Source: an uncultured virus (IMG/VR IMGVR_UViG_3300042559_001081) (Duplodnaviria > Heunggongvirae > Uroviricota > Caudoviricetes). From it: 64,000 nucleotides of DNA. Location: positions 62,001-126,000 of the IMG/VR virus record IMGVR_UViG_3300042559_001081; one strand, written 5' to 3'. A model generated the notes under the pieces. The model worked only from the letters and a program-made list of their open reading frames with translations. It was not told the origin of the DNA and did not search any database. Made by a program: the position numbers and the translations under genes. Below, one piece after another: positions 60,748 to 64,000 of this stretch (the first letter of the stretch is position 1; each line of letters opens with the position of its first letter).

Positions 60748-62531
60748 CAATAAAAATTAAAGACTTATCTGTTAAAAACTTTATGAGTGTGGGTAATGTT
60801 ACTCAGGCTGTCGACTTTAATCGAGAGCAACTCACTCTAGTGCTTGGCGAAAACTTAGATCAAGGAGGTGACGATTCTGGTTCCCGTAACGGTACAGGCA
60901 AAACCACTATTATTAACGGTTTATCATATGCCCTGTACGGCCAAGCACTTACTAATATTAAAAGAAACAACCTAATTAACAAAACTAACAGCAAAGGTAT
61001 GTTAGTTACGTTAAATTTTGAGAAAAATGGGGTTGAATATAGAGTTGAACGTGGAAGATCACCTAATATTCTAAAATTCTTTGTTAACGGTGTTGAAAAG
61101 TCTAGTGAGATCACTGACGAAAGTCAAGGTGATAGTAGAGAAACTCAAAAAGATATCAACGAGTTACTAGGACTTAGTCACAATATGTTTAAACACATTG
61201 TTGCTCTCAATACATACACCGAACCATTTCTTAGTTTAAAGACCAATGAACAAAGAGAAATTATCGAGCAACTGTTAGGCATTACACTACTTTCGGAAAA
61301 AGCAGAATCTCTTAAAGAACAAATAAAAGTAACAAAAGATATTATTACAGAAGAAACTTTAAAGATTAATGCCATTCAAGCAAGCAATGAGAAGATAAAA
61401 GCCAGCATAGATCAGCTTGTTAGTCGTCAACGTGCATGGGAAAGTAAGAAAAAGCAAGATGCTGAGCATTTGCAAAAAGCTATTACCGAACTTGAGCACT
61501 TAGACATTGATTTAGAACTAGAACTTCATGAAAAATTAGTTAATTGGACACAATTAAACAACGAGATCTCTGGTTTAAACAAAGAAAAGTCAACTTTAGA
61601 AACTGCAATGCTACGTGCAAGCAATTCTGTAAAAAAGATCGAAGACGATATTAACAATTTAGATGATGCTGTTTGTTTTACATGCGGTCAAGCGTTACAC
61701 AAAGATAAAAAAGAAAAAATATTAGCTGAAAAAGAAAAAGAACTAGCAGATGCTAACGCATACAAAGACGAAGTTGATTCAAAACTTCAGATTGTTCTTA
61801 AGTCGTTGAGTTCTATCGGTGATATTAACGGAAAACCTGTTACATTTTATGAAACAGCTAAAGAAGCATACGAACATCGTAGCAATGTCGATAATTTAAA
61901 AGTATTATTAAAGAATAAAGAACTAGAAGAAGACACATACCAAGATCAAATAAACGATTTAAAGACAACTGCGTTACAAACAGTCGACTGGTCTACAATT
62001 AACAAGCTAACTTCACTAAAAGAACATCAAGAGTTTCTTTTAAAGCTGTTAACTAATAAAGATTCTTTTATTAGAAAAAAAATTATAGATCAAAACTTAA
62101 ATTATCTAAACAATAGACTGACTTATTACTTAGATAAACTAGGATTGCCTCATCAAGTAGAGTTTTTAAACGATCTAACTGTTCAAATTACACAGTTAGG
62201 TCAAGATTTAGACTTTGACAACTTGTCAAGAGGCGAAAGAAACAGACTTATACTTGGATTAAGTTTTGCATTCCGCGATGTTTGGGAATCTTTGTATCAA
62301 TCAATCAACTTATTGTTTATAGACGAGTTAATTGATAGTGGAATGGACACCGCAGGTGTAGAAAATTCCTTAGGTGTACTTAAAAAGATGGGTCGTGAAA
62401 GAGATAAAAATATATTTTTAATATCTCACAAGGATGAATTGATAGGAAGAGTTAATAATGTTCTTAAAGTTATTAAAGAAAATGGGTTCACATCCTATCA
62501 ACCTGACTTAGAAGTTACAAGTATAATTTAA
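60744..62531 (+). CDS. gp46: Recombination ATPase subunit (Rad50/SbcC-like)
   Basis: KNFMSVGN, Walker A NGTGKTT, zinc hook CFTC, signature LSRGE, Walker B LFIDE, ISH. Confidence 0.93.
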   Translation: MTIKIKDLSVKNFMSVGNVTQAVDFNREQLTLVLGENLDQGGDDSGSRNGTGKTTIINGLSYALYGQALTNIKRNNLINKTNSKGMLVTLNFEKNGVEYRVERGRSPNILKFFVNGVEKSSEITDESQGDSRETQKDINELLGLSHNMFKHIVALNTYTEPFLSLKTNEQREIIEQLLGITLLSEKAESLKEQIKVTKDIITEETLKINAIQASNEKIKASIDQLVSRQRAWESKKKQDAEHLQKAITELEHLDIDLELELHEKLVNWTQLNNEISGLNKEKSTLETAMLRASNSVKKIEDDINNLDDAVCFTCGQALHKDKKEKILAEKEKELADANAYKDEVDSKLQIVLKSLSSIGDINGKPVTFYETAKEAYEHRSNVDNLKVLLKNKELEEDTYQDQINDLKTTALQTVDWSTINKLTSLKEHQEFLLKLLTNKDSFIRKKIIDQNLNYLNNRLTYYLDKLGLPHQVEFLNDLTVQITQLGQDLDFDNLSRGERNRLILGLSFAFRDVWESLYQSINLLFIDELIDSGMDTAGVENSLGVLKKMGRERDKNIFLISHKDELIGRVNNVLKVIKENGFTSYQPDLEVTSII

Positions 62532-62533
62532 AA

Positions 62534-62800
62534 ATGACTAGAAAAACTTATCCTTTAAAAGTACACATTGATGATACACACGACAAACTAGCAAAGGCGT
62601 ATCTCGAATATTTCAAAGCAAACGAAATATTCGAGCAACGTCCATCTGAACCAAAACGCCGTATAGTTCGAAAATGGCTTCAAGAGATAAGACATTATGC
62701 TAAATTACGTAGAGTAGAGGTAATTGAGTCTCATCTTAACAAGCAAGAAAGATACAAACGCGGTGGCAAGCAAAAGCAAGACAAAGGGGAAGGGGTTTGA
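62534..62800 (+). CDS. Small basic hypothetical protein
   Basis: In-operon ORF between gp46 and the resolvase. Confidence 0.6.
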   Translation: MTRKTYPLKVHIDDTHDKLAKAYLEYFKANEIFEQRPSEPKRRIVRKWLQEIRHYAKLRRVEVIESHLNKQERYKRGGKQKQDKGEGV

Positions 62801-63278
62801 AAGAGAAATTGCAAACTTCTTATCAGAACTCTACGAAGATTCTTTTACTAGAGTACCTGATTCGGGTGCATTTACCGGAGGCAAAAACGCTCATAGACGA
62901 GATAAGCTCACTGAAGGTCAAATTAGATCCCATAAAGGCGACATCATTCCACCCGACGACTGGAAAAAATTTAACGCAGAGTGTAAAAACTATGCGGAAT
63001 TCCCGTTTCACCAATTAATTTCTTTAGGCCACATACCTTTACTCGAAGGTTGGATTTCACAAACACTAGAAGCAGCAGACCAAGGCGACATTAATATTAT
63101 CTTTATGAAGTTTAATCGTAAAGGCAGATATGTTTTATTTCAAAAAGAAAACGACTTTCAAACTTACAGGCACGTCGACTATCAAGATAAATCAGGCAAC
63201 TACTGGCGATTTACAAGCTTTGACGATTTCTTTTCCTTAAACAAAGATTTATTTCAAAAAAACTGCACAGGCATTTAA
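62763..63278 (+). CDS. Holliday junction resolvase-like PD-(D/E)xK nuclease
   Basis: SKTKGKGFEREIA, RVPDSGA, GDII, AECK; GTG 62763 is the likely start. Confidence 0.8.
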   Translation: MASKSKTKGKGFEREIANFLSELYEDSFTRVPDSGAFTGGKNAHRRDKLTEGQIRSHKGDIIPPDDWKKFNAECKNYAEFPFHQLISLGHIPLLEGWISQTLEAADQGDINIIFMKFNRKGRYVLFQKENDFQTYRHVDYQDKSGNYWRFTSFDDFFSLNKDLFQKNCTGI

Positions 63279-63299
63279 GGCTAACATCAAACAGCACAT

Positions 63300-63690
63300 A
63301 AGGTTGGCGGGCCAGTTTATAATACCGCTGTGGAAAAGTCGGCTTGATACCCGAACACGTGACATGTTGAGACATTGCCGGTAGTAGGCTCTAAGTATTG
63401 ACATTGAATGATTGCTGTCATTCAAAAACACCGCATACTCCTAAACACTTAAGGATTGAGGAACGAGCTTAAGACAGGCAGTGCAGCGTAAACAGTACAT
63501 TGAAAAGTGTATTGTTTATGACGCATTGCCTGGGTCGACGCAGGTAGGGAAAAGGTTAGAGTCCCTGGAGTTGGTGTATAAACAAAAAACCTGCTTCCCG
63601 TGTCTCGGCTAGTGCAACTCACATGAAGTCAACGACGACGGAACCTTAAAACAGGTTCCGTCTGACCAGATTAATCTACATGAAGTATTT
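63300..63690 (+). ncRNA. Large structured non-coding RNA of unknown family (candidate)
   Basis: No credible ORF; many helices with G.U pairs on the plus strand, a GAAA-capped ~25-bp arm (63475-63532), a perfect 10-bp hairpin (63637-63662), long-range and pseudoknot pairings. Confidence 0.7.
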
Positions 63691-63722
63691 CACTTCGTGC
63701 TTAATATTATTTAGAAAAGAAA

Positions 63723-63764
63723 TGTGTTGAGCGATAGCGAAACACAGATGAACGTAGTTCATCT
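63723..63764 (+). other. Two abutting mini-hairpins with GATA and GTA loops
   Basis: TGTGTT-GA-GC-GATA-GC-GA-AACACA and AGATGAAC-GTA-GTTCATCT. Confidence 0.6.
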
Positions 63765-63766
63765 TG

Positions 63767-63774
63767 TATAAATA
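63767..63774 (+). promoter_or_regulatory. T4-type late promoter TATAAATA
   Basis: Exact consensus, followed by AAGGA RBS and ATG 63803. Confidence 0.75.
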
Positions 63775-63802
63775 ATATTAACAACTCTAAAGGATTTCTC
63801 TT

Positions 63803-64000
63803 ATGAAAATATCTTCTATTATCGCAGAACAAGAAAAAACAAATGAAGGCCCACTAAGAAATATAATGCCTGCATTTACTAAAACACAAAAACTAAGAAA
63901 GGCAGCTGGTAAAGCTGCCGCTGGTGCTACTAAAGATGAAATTCGACAAATGGAAGTTGAATTATTAACTTATATGGAATACTCGGGTCAAAAAAGAGCA
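63803..64000 (+). CDS. Late gene (partial), possibly an internal head protein
   Basis: Manual translation MKISSIIAEQEKTNEGPLRNIMPAFTKTQKLRKAAGKAAAG..., open to window edge; product call is a weak inference from the short Glu-ending leader. Confidence 0.6.
   Translation, partial: MKISSIIAEQEKTNEGPLRNIMPAFTKTQKLRKAAGKAAAGATKDEIRQMEVELLTYMEYSGQKRA

Noticed and set aside
59737..62531. Intein or intron in gp46/gp47
   Set aside because: Lengths are normal and no splice-junction or homing endonuclease motifs are seen
63398..63426. TTGACA inside the ncRNA region as a promoter
   Set aside because: No acceptable -10 at 16-18 nt; the downstream sequence is a hairpin stem
63249..63431. 60-aa minus-strand ORF
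   Set aside because: Antisense to the operon, no RBS, atypical composition; better explained by RNA structure
63330..63620. RNase P RNA-like words GGAAAAGTC, ACAAAAAACCTGCTT and AGTGCAAC
   Set aside because: Order is wrong (the CR-II-like word follows the CR-V-like word), the P4 pairing would be only about 6 bp, and CCTGC has a better local partner. A cmsearch with RNase P models would settle it.
63300..63690. tmRNA, tRNA or group I/II intron identity for the structured region
   Set aside because: No acceptor stem plus T-loop, no group I P7 R/S elements, no group II domain V, and the flanking genes are not interrupted
1..64000. Stop-codon reassignment as seen in some jumbo phages
   Set aside because: Standard code already gives near-complete coding density, including a 13.8-kb ORF

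Overview
AT-rich segment of a large T4-like (jumbo-type) myophage genome read in the standard genetic code, with four blocks. (1) 1-25.7 kb, minus strand: a tightly packed carbohydrate biosynthesis/tailoring cluster running off the left edge. It holds four radical SAM enzymes (one B12-dependent), an amidinotransferase next to a DegT-type aminotransferase, a 2OG-Fe(II) oxygenase, a UDP-sugar dehydrogenase, an NDP-sugar epimerase, a sulfotransferase, a methyltransferase-like protein, two SGNH-like proteins and about eight glycosyltransferase-like genes, behind a sigma70-type promoter. (2) 25.7-58.8 kb, minus strand: tail fibre and baseplate genes, including a 4603-aa protein, gp6/gp25/gp53/gp5-like genes and two peptidoglycan hydrolase domains, many preceded by TAAATA late-promoter motifs. 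(3) 58.8-63.3 kb, plus strand: gp55-like late sigma factor, gp47/gp46 nuclease-ATPase and a Holliday-junction resolvase. (4) A ~520-nt non-coding gap that folds by eye into a large multi-helix, probably pseudoknotted RNA followed by ssDNA-type mini-hairpins and a TATAAATA late promoter. The most interesting items are the unassigned structured RNA and the aminoglycoside-like (guanidino-sugar) enzymology beside the tail-fibre genes. All calls come from motif reading only; no searches or folding programs were run.
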